Assembly: GCF_023055435.1 (NCBI RefSeq)
Contig: NW_025964372.1
Location: forward strand, 23,250,001-23,314,000
From: Haliotis rufescens
Lineage: Eukaryota
DNA length: 64,000 nt
Reading direction: 5' to 3'
Made by a program: the position numbers and the translations under genes. The notes beneath the pieces are model-generated. The model worked only from the letters and a program-made list of their open reading frames with translations. It ran no database searches and had not been told where the DNA came from. The stretch's first letter is position 1; each line of letters starts with the position of its first letter. Positions 12,890-27,024 of the stretch are shown here, piece by piece.

Positions 12890-13740
12890 AGAGATACTAT
12901 ACACCTTATCAGAGGTAATATGCGCCTTATCGGAGATACCATGCGCCCTATCAGAGATACCATGCGCCTTATCAGAGATACCATGCGCCTTATCAGAGAT
13001 ATTATACGCCTTATTAGAGATACCATGCGCCCTATCAGAGAAACCGTGCGCCTTATCAGAGATACCATGCGGCTTATCAGAGATATACGCCTTATCAGAG
13101 ATATTATACGCCTTATCAGAGATATTATACGCCTTATCAGAGATACCTTGCGCCTTATCAGATATACCATGCACCTTATCAGAGATATTATACGCCTTAT
13201 CAGAGATAGTATACGCCTTATCAGTGATACCATGCGCCTTTTCGGATATACCATGCGTCTTATCAGAGATATTATACGCCTTATCAGAAATACCATGCGC
13301 CTTATCAGAGATATTATACGCCTTATCAGGAATACCATCCGCCTTATCAGATATACCATGCGCCTTATCAGATATATCATGCGCCTTATCGGGGATACCA
13401 TGCGCTTTATCAGAGGTATTATACGCCTTATCAGAGATACCATGTGCCTTATCAGAGATATTATACGCCTTATCAGGAATACCATCCGCCTTATCAGATA
13501 TACCATGCGCCTTATCAGATATATCATGCGCCTTATCAGGGATACCATGCGCCTTATCAGATACCATGTGCCTTATCAGAGATATTATACGCCTTATCAG
13601 GGGTACCATCCGCCTTATCAGATACCATGTGCCTTATCTGATATATCATGCGCCTTATCAGAGATATCATGCGCCTTATCAGAGATATTATACGCCTTAT
13701 CAGAGATACTTTGCGCCTTATCGGAGATGATATGCGCCTT
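12890..13740. repeat. ~21-bp minisatellite CGCCTTATCAGAGATA + CCATG/TTATA (about 40 units)
   Basis: Directly visible; generates the LIRDTMR/SDKAHGI ORFs. Confidence 0.95.
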
Positions 13741-13744
13741 TTAT

Positions 13745-14030
13745 TGTTACAGCGTTCAAGGCTTCACTAAAACCTACAAAACGTTTTATGGCAGACATAT
13801 GTTCCCGTGTGTATTTTCAGGTGAACTATTCACTAGCCTTTGCATGTGTTTGTGACGGGTGCCACGGGTGGGACAGGATACGCTCAGCTTTCGCGAACAC
13901 CTGGTAACATCAATATTTGATAGTGATTCATAAACACATGCTCATGGCATACTCGGGATCATACATTCGAATCTGCTTTCGGCAGAGATGTCTTATTAAT
14001 ATGGAAGGGTTTTGTCACTGTTATTGTCAG
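13745..14030 (+). mobile_element. Penelope-like (Naiad-type) 3' fragment with conserved motif E
   Basis: YSVQGFTKTYKTFYGRH (RT C-terminus) followed by gacgggtgccacgggtgggacaggatacgctcagctttcgcgaacacctgg. Confidence 0.7.
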
Positions 14031-16859
14031 TGATATATTGCGCATTATAAGATACATTATGTCGCAGTTAATAGTAGTCAACAGTGCATGGGTGCTATGG
14101 TTAATATTTCCCGATTCCAGACAATTCGACACCAGTGTTTTGTAGTAATCCAGAAGACAGTTAAACACGTATAAGAAATGCTCCCTACGCAAAAGGACAT
14201 TAATGTCAGTGAAGCCATGGTTATGCTTCTCTGTTTAATTCGGCTGGCGTCGCCGTCAGTCCACAGACAGAGCTAGGTATCATTATGTTATATTTGTTGT
14301 CAATGGAAGAATGTCTGCCAGATTCCTGGCAATAATCATATCCTCATGTTTGATCTAGGCGACAAACCACCGGGAGCAAACTGCCAGGAATTATGCAAAT
14401 ACTACACCAGAAAAACCCATACTGTATCTTTAAACAAAAAAAACCCGTGTCAAAAGTACATTCTTTTGGAATACGGATTCCTTTTTTTAAATTGTTTTTT
14501 AAACAGTTTTCAAGATCATTTTCAATGTCTATAATTGTCTGCATAGTATGTAAAACTATTTCATATCAAACTCAATATTGTGTTCTCTTGTGTATAATTT
14601 AAGTTTTTATTGATATTTTGTATGATAATAACATACAATCACGCCTGCTTAACTCTTCATTGCGTCCGGCTATGGTAATTTGCCGGTTCCTTTGTCTGGC
14701 GTTCTGTCTGAGGTGCGTAATCTTGTATGTATTCATCAAACCCTTTCAGGTCGTATGTTGGTATCGTCAATTATGGTTGCTGGAAACAACTGACGTTTTT
14801 CACACGCAGTGATGAATTACTTTATATATTTACGGTATGAAATATTTACGTTTGGAAGGTTTGAGGATTACAGTATTGATTTTCTAACGATATTTATCTA
14901 CAGGGATTGTTGACGTGATAAAAAAAATTACCACCTCCATTGAAACCCCGTTTATCCGTACTGCCCTGTTGTAAGACAATTCGTCCGAATACTCACATTT
15001 CACAAGTTTATCTTTTGAATATGTGTTGACGTTCCTCAAAGCAATCGTCCGAAATGTGGGGTTTCCAGACTAACGACGGCTTACTGTAACGAAATATGCA
15101 AACGAATATATTCCGGCGAATCTATTCGCCCAAAGTTTGTATTGAGGATCGTGGATTAAATACCCTGCCCCGAACCACCGTGACAAGGTCCGGACCTACA
15201 GGCGAGGGTACAACGTTCTTCCGGCCGTGAACCCCTCTCCTTTAACAGAAGCTGATATATTTCTTTCCTTGGTTCCGATGTTGAAGGAAATCAGTCTTGG
15301 AATGGTAAATCGATAATATTCAAAGCTTAGAATTTATCCTTTCACCGTTAAATATTTCAAATTAAATACATACGCTCCAGGAAGGAAGCAGCCGAGCTGA
15401 CGACGCAGTCTATTGATGCAAGGCCGTCCACTCACGGTACCAAGTTGACTCGGTCCGCGATTACGTTTCACGTGACCGACGGCTTATCCCGACACCCGTA
15501 TGGCAGTGAGCTTGCCCTTTCAGGCACAGCCAAATGTTTTCTCGTTGACTTCTTTGATACGTAATACAAATTTAAATAACTACGTAGTCACCTGCCCTTC
15601 CATGTACATGGGTGCTAAGCCCGGCCTTGTAACTGCTATAAAGTCACAAAATATGGCTTGCTTCCACAGACCGATTCCGATCGCAGTTCTGCACTAAATG
15701 ACACTTACTTGAAAACATCCATGAACGCAGTCATCTTAAGTGATGATGGTAAAAAGACAATGGATTAAAGAATGACAGCCATGGTCAGTTTTAATTATTG
15801 GTTGGATATAAATTTAGAAAAGATCCAGAACTTTCAAGGATTATCATCCAATCAGAGCTGCCAGCTTTATCGGTGCACGCGCCATCTGGTTGAGCTGTCC
15901 GCATAGCTGCTTCTGGTTTCTCTAGTGGAACCCTGTGGTTATAGCGTTATCTCGTCCCGTCTAATTCTCGTGTTCGATATCTTGCAGTGGTCTTATGTAT
16001 AAATCCCATTTCTAAAGTTTCCCGGCTTGATATTGCTCTGATATTGCTAATTCCCACGAATCGCCCAATCCATCGCCTTAACACTCACTCCTGACGTCCG
16101 GTATCGTTGCCTTGCTTTTACCAAGATTCTGCCTAGGACACGTGTTGGAAATACGTACACGTATCCTAAATAACCATTAATTAATTAATCAACTGTCCAC
16201 AATAATTTATTCAACGTATTTAGTGTGTGTGGGCAATATAACTAATATGACAATTATAGCATAAAAAACAAACACCCACACATGCAATTTCATACGAGAA
16301 ATGCAAGCATTTACGCGTTCAAGCGACTTGGAAACACACATCTTATCTAAAGTAGCAAAACTCTTCAACGGTATTTGCTACTTTCATGAATATTCATTGA
16401 CCCAAACCGTCAGTATCGAGTCGATAAAGCCTCCTTTTCCTGTTTATTCAGCTCCGTTGTTTGATCTTTGCCCGTCTCCGTATAAGTTAAACGAATGCAT
16501 AGATGCTGTTGAAAGCGCGAGATCTATAAGTGATTTCAAATATCGTTTTCGTGTGTTGTCTTAATCTCTGGTATTGACTGATATTGGCTGGGGTTATGCA
16601 TCTGCATCTTCCCGCCTCCTGAGGACCTGTCACATCCCCAGGCATCTGGACACAGACCTTCTTGCAAGTGTTGACTTTGTTATCTGGGGTTTGCGTCAGC
16701 TGTTAAAGTTTCGTAATTCTTAGTTGGTCTCCGATTGAGATGACCAGTTGAAAGTTCCTGAAGAATGCATAGATTAAATTTCTTGATACGGTTGGCACGC
16801 GAGAAAGCAATGTTGATATAATTTATACATGTTCTTGTACATATGGCGATATAGATAGC

Positions 16860-17415
16860 GATACTGATATTAATACCAGCACCCACTGCCACAGAGATAC
16901 CAGTATTAATACCAGTCCCCACTGCCACAGAGATACCAATATTAATACCAGTACCCATAGCCACAGAGATACCAATATTAATACCAGTACCCATAGCCAC
17001 AGAGATATCGATTCTGATATTAACACCAGTACCAACTGTCACAGAGAAATCGATTTTGATACAAATACCAGTATCCATAGCCACAGAGATATCGATTCTG
17101 ATATTAATACCAGTACCCATAGCAACAGAGATATCGATTCTGATATTAACACCAGTACCCATAGCCACAGAGATATCGATTCTGATATTAATACCAGTAC
17201 CCATAGCCACAGAGATATCGATTCTGATATTAACACCAGTACCCATAGCCACAGAGATATCGATTCTGATATTAATACCAGTACCCATAGCCACAGAGAT
17301 ATCGATTCGGATATTATTACCAGTACCCACTGCGATATAGATACGTATGCGGACATTAATACCAGTAACCACGGCGATATCGATACCAAGTCTGAAATGA
17401 ATACCAGTACCCACG
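16860..17415. repeat. 42-bp minisatellite with 30-bp deletion variants
   Basis: Unit CCACAGAGATATCGATTCTGATATTAATACCAGTACCCATAG, decaying at both edges. Confidence 0.95.
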
Positions 17416-17660
17416 ACGATCTCTATAACGATGTTACTTTAATTAACGAATGTTATATCGATATCGATATCTATACCGAAACTGACGGCATTACTGTTTC
17501 ACTATATATCAATTCAAAACTTCATCGCCAGAGAAAAGTCAGTCTCTAAAAGTCGTAAGAGGCGATATCGTGATTAAAATGATACAAATGATTCACTTAA
17601 AGTCCGCGATGACACCACAAAAGGAGCTACGCATGTCCCGCTCTTCCTATATTACGTTTC

Positions 17661-17921
17661 AAGATCCGGGGTAGAATAGGTCTTCAGCAAACCATGCTTG
17701 CCGTAAAATTCGACTATGCTTGTCGTTAGAGGGGACTAAAGGGATCGTGTGGTCAGGCTCGCTGACTTGGTTGATGCATGTCATCGTATACCAATTGCGT
17801 GGATCGATACTCATGATATCAATCACTAGATTGTCTGATCCAGACTCCAGATTATTTACAGACCGCTGTCATATAGCTGGAATATTGCTGAGTGTGGCGT
17901 TAAACAACAAACAAACAAACA
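17661..17921 (+). mobile_element. Family B element
   Basis: Near-identical to the 18393 copy; (CAAA)n tail. Confidence 0.9.
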
Positions 17922-18392
17922 AATCATATTACCCGCCACTCGCTCAGTTTTCATAAGAAAGAGCCAGTGAGTAAGGGATCGACCGGAGTTTTGTTTGAAA
18001 AAAGATTTTCTTTTAGTCATCGGTCACAAAGAATTATTTTCTCTGACAAGAAGTGCCTAAAACCAATGTTGATGTCCATACTGATATTGGTGCTGAAACG
18101 TATATATTAGACTCTCCAACATGACTTATCATGAGTTACCGTATGTGTAATGTCGGTCTGGTTATCCAACGCACCAACCAACCCTACTCAACAGGATCCT
18201 ATGCTTTGTGTCCTTAACACTAATAATACGGAGGTGATTTCCGGGCAGGAAATACTTGCCACAAAGTCAATTCAAATGGGGATCGAGTGGATTTTTATGA
18301 CCCTGCTAATTGTAGGTCATCGTAGTTCTTGACCCAAATTCAATTTGCTCGTGGCCGCTATGTATTGCAGGACTATTTCCCACTGCGTTTAC

Positions 18393-18657
18393 TCCCCGTG
18401 AAGATTCCGGGGTAGAATAGGTCTTCAGCAACCCATGCTTGCCGTAAAAGGCGACTATGCTTGTCGTAAAAGGCGACTAACGGGATCGGGTGGTCAGGCT
18501 CGCTGACTTGGTTGATGCATGTCATCGATCCCAATTGCGTGGATCGATGCTCATGATATCAATCAGTGGATTGTCTGGTCCAGACTCTATTATTTACAGA
18601 CCGCCGTCATATAGCTGGAACATTGCTGAGTGCGGCGTTAAACAACAAACCAACCAA
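18393..18657 (+). mobile_element. Family B element, full length, no tRNA head
   Basis: 14-bp TSD cccactgcgtttac (18379-18392/18658-18671); tail gctgagtgcggcgttaaacaacaaaccaacc. Confidence 0.92.
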
Positions 18658-19187
18658 CCCACTGCGTTTACAATGTATCACTCCCACACTGTTAGAAAAA
18701 GAATGATAATGAACGACGCATTTACTTGATACAAGATATAAATAATACGTGTTGTACTGCTTATGATAGTTCTCCATTTATAAGCTCTATTGCCACCGAG
18801 GGATACTCCGAGCACGCTACATTTCCAGCTGAAATTATCTGTCGGCGGTTAATGAATGTGGATAATTACAGGAAACTAGAGTAATCCTTTGTCAATATCT
18901 TTTCCCACTTGGCCAATACACGCTAACTCACAAGGGAACTGCTTCAATACAATATTTACTGCACGTTTTATTCGCTGATAATGGGAGTCAAGTCATTATT
19001 AGAATACTGACACTGCAATGTTGTGAGCGCATTCAGGAATGGTAATGTAATTAGTATTTCGGTCAACGGTATCTCTGCCCTTCAACGTAGAACCTGAAAC
19101 TCCCTAACATTAGCATTGATACTTGTTCAAGTGAGTGAACAATATTTCAGTTAACTGAAAAAGAGAAGCCAAAATACCCAGGTCCTG

Positions 19188-19536
19188 GGACCGTCTCCGT
19201 TGTCTAGTGGTAGAGCGTCTGCCCGGAGACCGGAAGGTAGGAGTTCAATCCCCAGCCGCGTCATTCCAAAAAGACGTTAAAACGATGGTACTTGTTGTTA
19301 CCCTGCCTGGCGCTCGGCATTAAGGGAATAAAACAAGGACTGGTCGGTGGGTGTCAGTATACTGTGTCTGAGTGGGGTATTCATGTTAAACTGCGGCATG
19401 GTATCCCAGTGAGCTAGCACTATAAAATCGGCATTAGTCCGGACTAGTACAAGCAGCCACATACACACGCGCATGCACGTCGTTATGTAAGTGCAATAAT
19501 CTTGGACGCGATGTTAAACCCCGTTTCATCTCACCT
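19188..19536 (+). mobile_element. SINE family A, full length
   Basis: A/B boxes, Meta-type body, TSD caggtcct (19179-19186/19537-19544). Confidence 0.9.
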
Positions 19537-21554
19537 CAGGTCCTAGACGTATACCACAAGCACGGGTCTTTATGTGTTCGATCGTTAGTGTGTTGTTGTT
19601 TTACGCCGCACTCACAATATCCCAGCTTTATGGCAGCGGCCTGTAAATAATCGAGCCTGGACCAAACAATCCAGTGATTGACATCATCGTAAATTACAAC
19701 TCTGATACAGTAAATGGCAGGGATCTTCAAGGCGTATACGTAACCAATGACTACGATAACGTAACAAGACTTCACTGGGAACGGTACCCTTCGGTACAGT
19801 GTTTCGCTTAACATGCCTTTCGACTCTCTGTTAGTTTATTCCTTCAGGAAATCATTCCAATATTCTGATTTCTTTTTATAAAAAAACAGTTCCTGAATTT
19901 GAATACTTATTAATTTTAATGACATTCATATACATATAAAACCGTTTGAGATAACCAATGACTTTGAAATTCATTTATCACTTGAACGTCAATAAATATT
20001 GCAACAAAAAACGTAAACTGCATGGTTAGACCCAACATGACTTCAAATTCCTTCTAAATTATAGTCCGGGGGTTATTCTCCAATATCGCATGTAATATAA
20101 TAAAATACAAATAAGCTGATGCATCGGAATTTATGTTCAACGTACCAACACGTTTCGTACTTGCAGGGGAACAGCTCGTATTATTCTATCTATTTGTTAA
20201 TCTATTCCTTCTCGTGTTTATTGAATCGTAGTAACGTGCATACATTCTTAGTAGGGTTTTTTAAATGTTTTAATTGCAGTTTCACTTAAAGACATAAACA
20301 TCCTCCACAATACAGCATTTCATTTCCAATACATTAAGCTAGATTAGCGGCCTGCTCACAACGCGCCTCGTACATCGATGTTTGCACCAGATCTGTAGAT
20401 GAAAGCTAATGTAATCTCAGCTCAGAGCAGCCAGCTATTTCAACATGTTATGACAAGCAAACGCGATAATGCATTTTAATGAAGAAAGTTCCAAAGTTAG
20501 CACACAATCCGAATATTTCATTTTGTCAGGAAATCTTCTAATTCATTCAAATCAGTTACATGACAAGCTAAATGGCAATACTCCGTTTTGGGACATCAAA
20601 GTCGTTTCAAATGTTCTTATTCATGCAAAAACGTGGTGGATTTGAGAAAGCCAAATGAAAGCTTTTTTTTCAATCCTATGTCCTTAGCTGTTGCCGGTAA
20701 AATGAAATATTTCTTTTAGTCTTGCTTTGTGTGTCGGCATGTGTTTAGGATTGGCATATGTCCGTAAGATGTCTATTGATGTTGGGTACGTTGTAGGCGT
20801 TAATCTAGCTCAAATTGGTATTTAGAGTAAAAGTAGGCGGGGTGGGGTGGGGAGGTGTGCAATGGGGGTGGTTGTTATGTTTGTTAGAGACAAGATATTT
20901 TGTCACTGCTTCAAAACACGCAATTTTGTTCTGCGGGGAGTAGGATTCGAAATTGTCTTTATTATTGTTTTTCATGTTTCTTCGACTAGCCTTAAGTTTG
21001 GTATGCGGACGTGCTATCTCAGCTTTCCATCCCTGAAACAACCCCACATCGAGGTGGTCGTCATGTTATGTTGTGAGGCAGCTGACAACAGAACAGCCCC
21101 AATGACGGCGATATATGGGGAGAGGGAGGGTACGTGCCTACTGTAACAGGATGCGGGGAGACGATGAGGATCTCAAACAGCATGCCCTGTTGCCTCTGGT
21201 ATACATGGGTTAATGAAACAAACACCGACATCGTGCGTTACGAGTAGTTCATATTGATATAGGTTCTAAGGACTTATAAAAAATAGACTGGAGTCTCCCA
21301 ACTGACAAACTATTCATTAAGATATAATGTTGCAGTTATATATCAATAATGAGGAAAATACGTTAATGCACATTTTAAAAGCTAGCAAAAACGGAATGGC
21401 CATGTAAAGCTTGGGTACGATTACTGCAGGGAAATGTCTCTAGAATGTTGAATGTACGTGGTATGGTTACTCCTTCCCAAATCATCATTAACGTGATTGT
21501 CATTTTTTTTTTAAAACCCACGTCAAATGGTCAATCCCTAAGTCTGCCTAAGTT

Positions 21555-21945
21555 ATTCATTACTATAAGGGTAACGCTATTTTTCAGGGCATTATCATTT
21601 GCAAAAGCCCGAGGTCTTCCATTAACTGCCCGACGAAGGAGGGCAGTTGAATAGACAGAGGGCTTTGTTTATTTGTTATCAAATAAAAAGAAACAACAAT
21701 ATCGGTTTTGAAACATTTACTGCAATCAACACGACTGTCACTGAAACACTTTTACAAATATGGAAACGTCATAGGACAAACCAGATGACGTCACTATAAT
21801 ACGTGACGTCACTTTCTCTATCCTATGACGTCACCTAACAACGGGCTTGATAATGGCCGGTCGTCAAGCAATATGAGGGCATTATCAAGTTACAGTGGAC
21901 CGCTCATTTCTGTAAACGTGTGGGCGGTTTAATGATAATTCTATC
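21555..21945. mobile_element. Hairpin-bearing non-autonomous DNA element (possibly Crypton-like)
   Basis: Stem-loops aaagccc..aactgccc/gggcagtt..gggcttt (21604-21666) and cttgataatg/cattatcaag (~21847-21888). Boundaries are approximate. Confidence 0.45.
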
Positions 21946-22339
21946 CATTTTAGCTATAAAATGAATTAGAGAGTGAGTGAAGTTAATAAAACCTGGGCCA
22001 TCAGAACTAGAGGCTGATATCAAGGCCATCGGGTACTTTGCCACGCAGTCAGTCGGATCACACTCTGTACCCACCCTATTCTCATTTTATTTGGTACTTG
22101 CGACAACCATTAGGTAATCGGCCAGTCTGCCCCGAAGTCTCCACGGACAATCAGGGCACAAATTGAGAATGTTGAATCTGTTCTGGCCCAGGTCAGAGAG
22201 ACAAGGATGTGGCACGCGAGAACGAATGTCACATATGTCCTGAAGACCTGCCCTGAATGTTGTCCACGAAACCATGTGAGGTATAAGCTACCTGTTTCAA
22301 TTATTAAGTCTGGGTTCGAGGATGTTCTAAAATTACGAG

Positions 22340-22439
22340 TGAGTGAGTGAGTGAATTGGGTTTAACGCCGCTTTTAACAGTATTCCAGTTATAGCGCGAC
22401 GTGTAAACTTAATGTGGGAGGAAGGCCTGAAGTGACCCC
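22340..22439 (-). mobile_element. 5'-truncated SINE family C
   Basis: Tail only, with 13-bp TSD ctaaaattacgag (22327-22339/22440-22452). Confidence 0.9.
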
Positions 22440-25400
22440 CTAAAATTACGAGAAAAATGGAGGTTCATTCGAAGTCAGCGGGAGGCTGAAGGGATACGAT
22501 GGAATAGATTGCTTACATCCCAAATGATCTTAGGGAATATAATTCTGATGTCCCCGTAAAGTTAATTGATTTGCTGAAACTGGCCGTCCTCGTGTCATCC
22601 TTAACACTGGTACCAGGTGTGTCTCTTCATCACATGTGTCTATTCATTGCTTTACCTCCTGTTGGAATTGGTCTTAAGCAACCCATGCTGGTCGTAAAGA
22701 GATTTTCTGATTGGTTGATGCATGTCATCCTATCCCAATTGCATAGATTAAGTTTGATGATCACTGGCTTATTCAGAGACCGCTGTCATATAGCTGGCAC
22801 TACAGCTTAGCAATGATTCGTTAATCCGGACCATTTCACTGAGGTATGAGTAATGTGCGAATATCCTATATTTTAATAAAATAATGTGAGTGGTCCTTGG
22901 TCATCCAATGAGAACATAAGATATATCGTTCACTATTCACACCAATCCTCTAATTCCTCATTTCCCCTCTTATCATCCACATGATCTGGGATCATTCTAC
23001 CGCCAAGACTATTAAAATGTACAGCTTTAGATATAGTCTCTATTCAAGCCTATCTCTCATCTAAGTCTTACCTTATGCACTGCACTAAGATGTCGAGATC
23101 TCATTACACGTTTAATCAATGTTGACGTGCCAAGATAGTGTTATCAATACTGCAATGAATAGTAGCAAGTTCTATCACATAACACACCAAGAATCAGACT
23201 TTACTATCTGGTCAACGTCATCAATGGCAATAAATGCACCAACAGTGCGAGCAACGTCTTTCACGTGAGCGTAATATCGCTCATTATCATAATGTCCATC
23301 ATCTCACCACGAGATCTCCTTGATGACAAAATGCACTGCATCACCATATAGCAATTTGCCATACACTATTCAGTCATTCACAACCACACGTCCTTCACTG
23401 AATGATATTTCGTTTCAAGAAACATTTTACATGTCATTGACTACTTTGCGGATATTTGGAAAATGATTGACATTGTGATTGTGTTTTTTCGAAATAAATG
23501 TTCGGTCTGGTGCACATCAAAGCTACCCGCGTCTATTAATGACAAGGCTTGAGGTTGCAGAGGCTGCCTCTCATCCTTTCGTTGAGATAGCCATCATCAG
23601 CACTGTATTGTGGAAGAAAACTCATTCTTTGCAATCACAACTTAACCGCTACAATTTCGCCAAAGGCATATCGCTTTTCTCATCAAACTCGTCAAAATAT
23701 TCGTTCTGAACTGTGATTCTTCTTTTATCAAGAGTGAGTTTTACTGGAGGGCCCGCTAAACGCACACTCTTCCCATTATAGAGCTGATATTCAGCTGTAA
23801 CTCTCTAGCCTTGTTTTCTGTTTTCTCATTTCGATGTATTTCTATTTGAATTGAACATTTAGGCTTGGTTAAAGATGTTAGAATTAATGTAAACATTTGA
23901 ATATGTTCGTGTCATGTGACAAAGATCCTTGTACAGATGTCCCTAAGCTGCATCATTGTATTAGATACATTTATGGTTGAAGTATTAACGTTGTCACGCT
24001 ATTCGGTTGATTCTGTTGGTTACAAATACCCCGGACAGCTATGGAGTAGAGATTTTGCTTGATTTCACTGTAAACTGTGTAATGACAAATCCCGCGGCTT
24101 AAACGTTGTATGACAAGACGGTCGTGTTTTTAAGACGGGTCATCTTATGTTTAATAGATTCAATCTCACATCTGATTGGCTCAAGAATACAGGTATCTTT
24201 CATTTGGCGGCCAAAATACGCTCAGGATTCAAACGACGCGTATTTCTATGGAGGGGTCATTTTAATGAGATTGAACAGACATTGGGAACGCATTTTGATT
24301 ATTAGACAAAATAAACGGAAACAATTTGATCCCAAGTTATGTAGCCTTCAAGGTTCATTACTCTCGCGATGTTGTGAACCCGTGCGGATTCCGGAAAAGA
24401 ATGTAGGTCCCTACCAACACTTGCTTGTTGTAAGAGGCGAATAAAATTATCAGATTCTACAGACCTTCGTCATATAGGTAGTGTTGAGTGCGGCGTTATA
24501 CATCAACATACGCACATGCACACGATGTGCGCTATACGAGATCGCTAGAGCGCGAGAATGCCTCGTATAAGAATTCCATACGTCGGGGATAGTCAATGTC
24601 AAAGTTCCAATGTAGCTTCCAGTCAGTTCTGGCTGAGATCCTGTTGAACTGAGAGGAGCCAAATAGTTATCACACGTCTAAAGAGAATCTAAACTCGGAT
24701 GACTCTCCCAAAAGTAAACATCATCTTACCCCTTACTGCGTGAAGGCAAGATGATGCGAAGATAAAATAAAAACCACAAAGCACACGCAATAATGGCATC
24801 AAGATGTACCAAATGACCATGTCCTTTGAAAATTCGAAACTATCAAAGGTGCAGGCATATATGGCACATCCGGGTTTCTAGTCACCGGATCTGATTTCCA
24901 CACACGCCCTTCGGAGTCAAGATGCTGTGAGTTGCTTCATTTACCCCTGTTGTTTGTGTACCAAAGGAAAGGACGAGGCGTAGCGCTGCCGGAATATCTC
25001 GAGAGTGCATCACGTCGTGACCTCTATGAAGGTAATAGTATAGCTCCACTTGACACCTGCTGACTTCCAATCTGATCACTTATAGAGAGCAACGTGGCAC
25101 AAGTGGCGTGATTGGTAACACCTACTGTCATCATGTGCCTCTATTTACGCCAACGAAAGTGTTGCCAGTTGGTGAGGAATGCACGACGTTATGCCAGATG
25201 CTGAGGGTGCTTGTTCACCGAGTTTTCCTGCTCAGAAGTGTACCCTTTCTTTGTCCTTCTACTGCCAATTGTAAAACGCAGTGCTCGCAGCCTTGCCAAG
25301 TAGGCGCTGATTGGCTATGAAGTTAGGGGACATGTTATTATTAGTGAGTGAGTGGTTTTCTGCTGTTTAACGCCGAAATCAGCAATATTACATGTGCATG

Positions 25401-26763
25401 ACGACGGTCTGTAAATGTACGAGTCTAGGCCAGAAAATCCTATGCTTGACACCATGAGAATCGCTCCCCTCATTTGGTTTTACGATGATATCCATCAAGC
25501 AAGGCAGGGAGCTTGACCATCTGATCACGTTACCACCTCTTACGACAACTCTGAATTGCAGAAGACGGGGTACGCCTCTTTGAACAGTATTCTATTTATA
25601 TCACTGCGTGTCAGCTGGATACCTAAGTGATGCTGTCTTATACATTTTCGACGATCACAGGTTTGGTGTTGAGAAACCAAGGGTCATAATCAAGGCAAAT
25701 TTGGAATTCGAACCCACTATCTTCGGATCCGCACGCATGCATAAGGGACGCAACTCGACACAGCGAGCTGCAATGAGTAAAGTAGGGAGTGCGGTAAACT
25801 AATTTTGAATGCGTGCGTTGGAGCAATAAACGGCGCCTTAGACGACTGGACTACCTGTACCCCATGCATCATAAAGATTATACTTGGTTCGGGAAAATCC
25901 GTAACTTAACACCGCCAATTTATGCTAAGTTGTCGTCAATAATATTGTCTCAGACAACGTACAAGCATGAAGCTATTCATGGCCATTAGCAATATAAGCC
26001 TTTTCACATGCAGACACAGAGATGCAATTGGAAAGGAACTACAAACTGAAAGTCTCGACAAAATACAGCTGTTCCTTGGCATATCATGTAATATCCTTTC
26101 CAAAATACATGTGCCAACATGTATCAACCTATGACGGTATCTGTCAAATATTTTCTGAATATCCAAATAATTATGCATCCACTACCATATTTATCAAAAA
26201 TTCAATTATAGTGATATGATTCAGGACTCAAATGAAATGGGTGTAGTTTGTGTGTTCACTAACAGAACGTAATCTCTCTCTAATTCCCAGCCATTACCAT
26301 ATCACCCGCCATTAACCATCAGCCAAAGGACAATAGTGTATTAGATATTAGGTATTAGTGTAGTTTATTTTTATCAGAGCAAGCTGAACATGAAGGGCAA
26401 TAATTTGGAGTAATTTACCATTTCTTGACGAGTGCCATGGGTCAGGATATGCTCACGTTTTCGCAAACACATGTATCACCATTATTCAAAAGCGAATCAT
26501 TCATAAACACATTCTTACGGTTTATTTAAAATCGATGAGTGCAATCTGCTTTTGGTAGAGAGTTCTTATAATCATGGAAAGGGTTTTGGGGGCATAAGTA
26601 TTTAAAAAAGATATAGGGATGGAAAGTGTGTACAGTTCCTGAGGGTTTTTCTTTTTTCACAAAAGTTACATATATGCACAAAGTAAAATTATTTTTCATC
26701 TTCTCCATTCTTCAAAGAACAAAGAGATGTTAGGCGTTCCATGACATAAACCGTTATGTCACT

Positions 26764-26915
26764 TTGAGCGGTGGTGGTTAAAGCGCTCTCTCGCCACGCA
26801 TAAATCCCGGGTTCGAATCCCCACAATGGTACAATGTGGGAAGCCCTTTTCTTGTGTCCCCCGCCATGATATTGCTGAAATATTGCTAAAAGTGGCGTAA
26901 AGCCGTACTCACTCA
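26764..26915 (+). mobile_element. SINE family D
   Basis: gtggttaaagcg..ggttcgaatccc head; tail aatattgctaaaagtggcgtaaagccgtactcactcac. Confidence 0.85.
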
Positions 26916-27024
26916 CGAACTTAGGTCACAGTATCCTGATCGAAACTATCATAAGTTCAACAATAACACAAAATTAAAAAATACTGTCTGTTATTATGGA
27001 CAAGAGTTATTACGAACGTGAATC

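Noticed and set aside
12802-13855. Long ORFs (248-311 aa) on both strands
   Set aside because: Produced by a stop-free 21-bp minisatellite; no splice or domain evidence.
13850-13940. SECIS element in the Naiad-type 3' region
   Set aside because: GTGAC is present but there is no apical AA and no matching GA quartet geometry.
16680-17414. 244-aa repetitive ORF
   Set aside because: Translation of the 42-bp array.
22845-23750. Possible decayed DNA-transposase on the minus strand
   Set aside because: Coding-like composition but no recognisable motif by eye.
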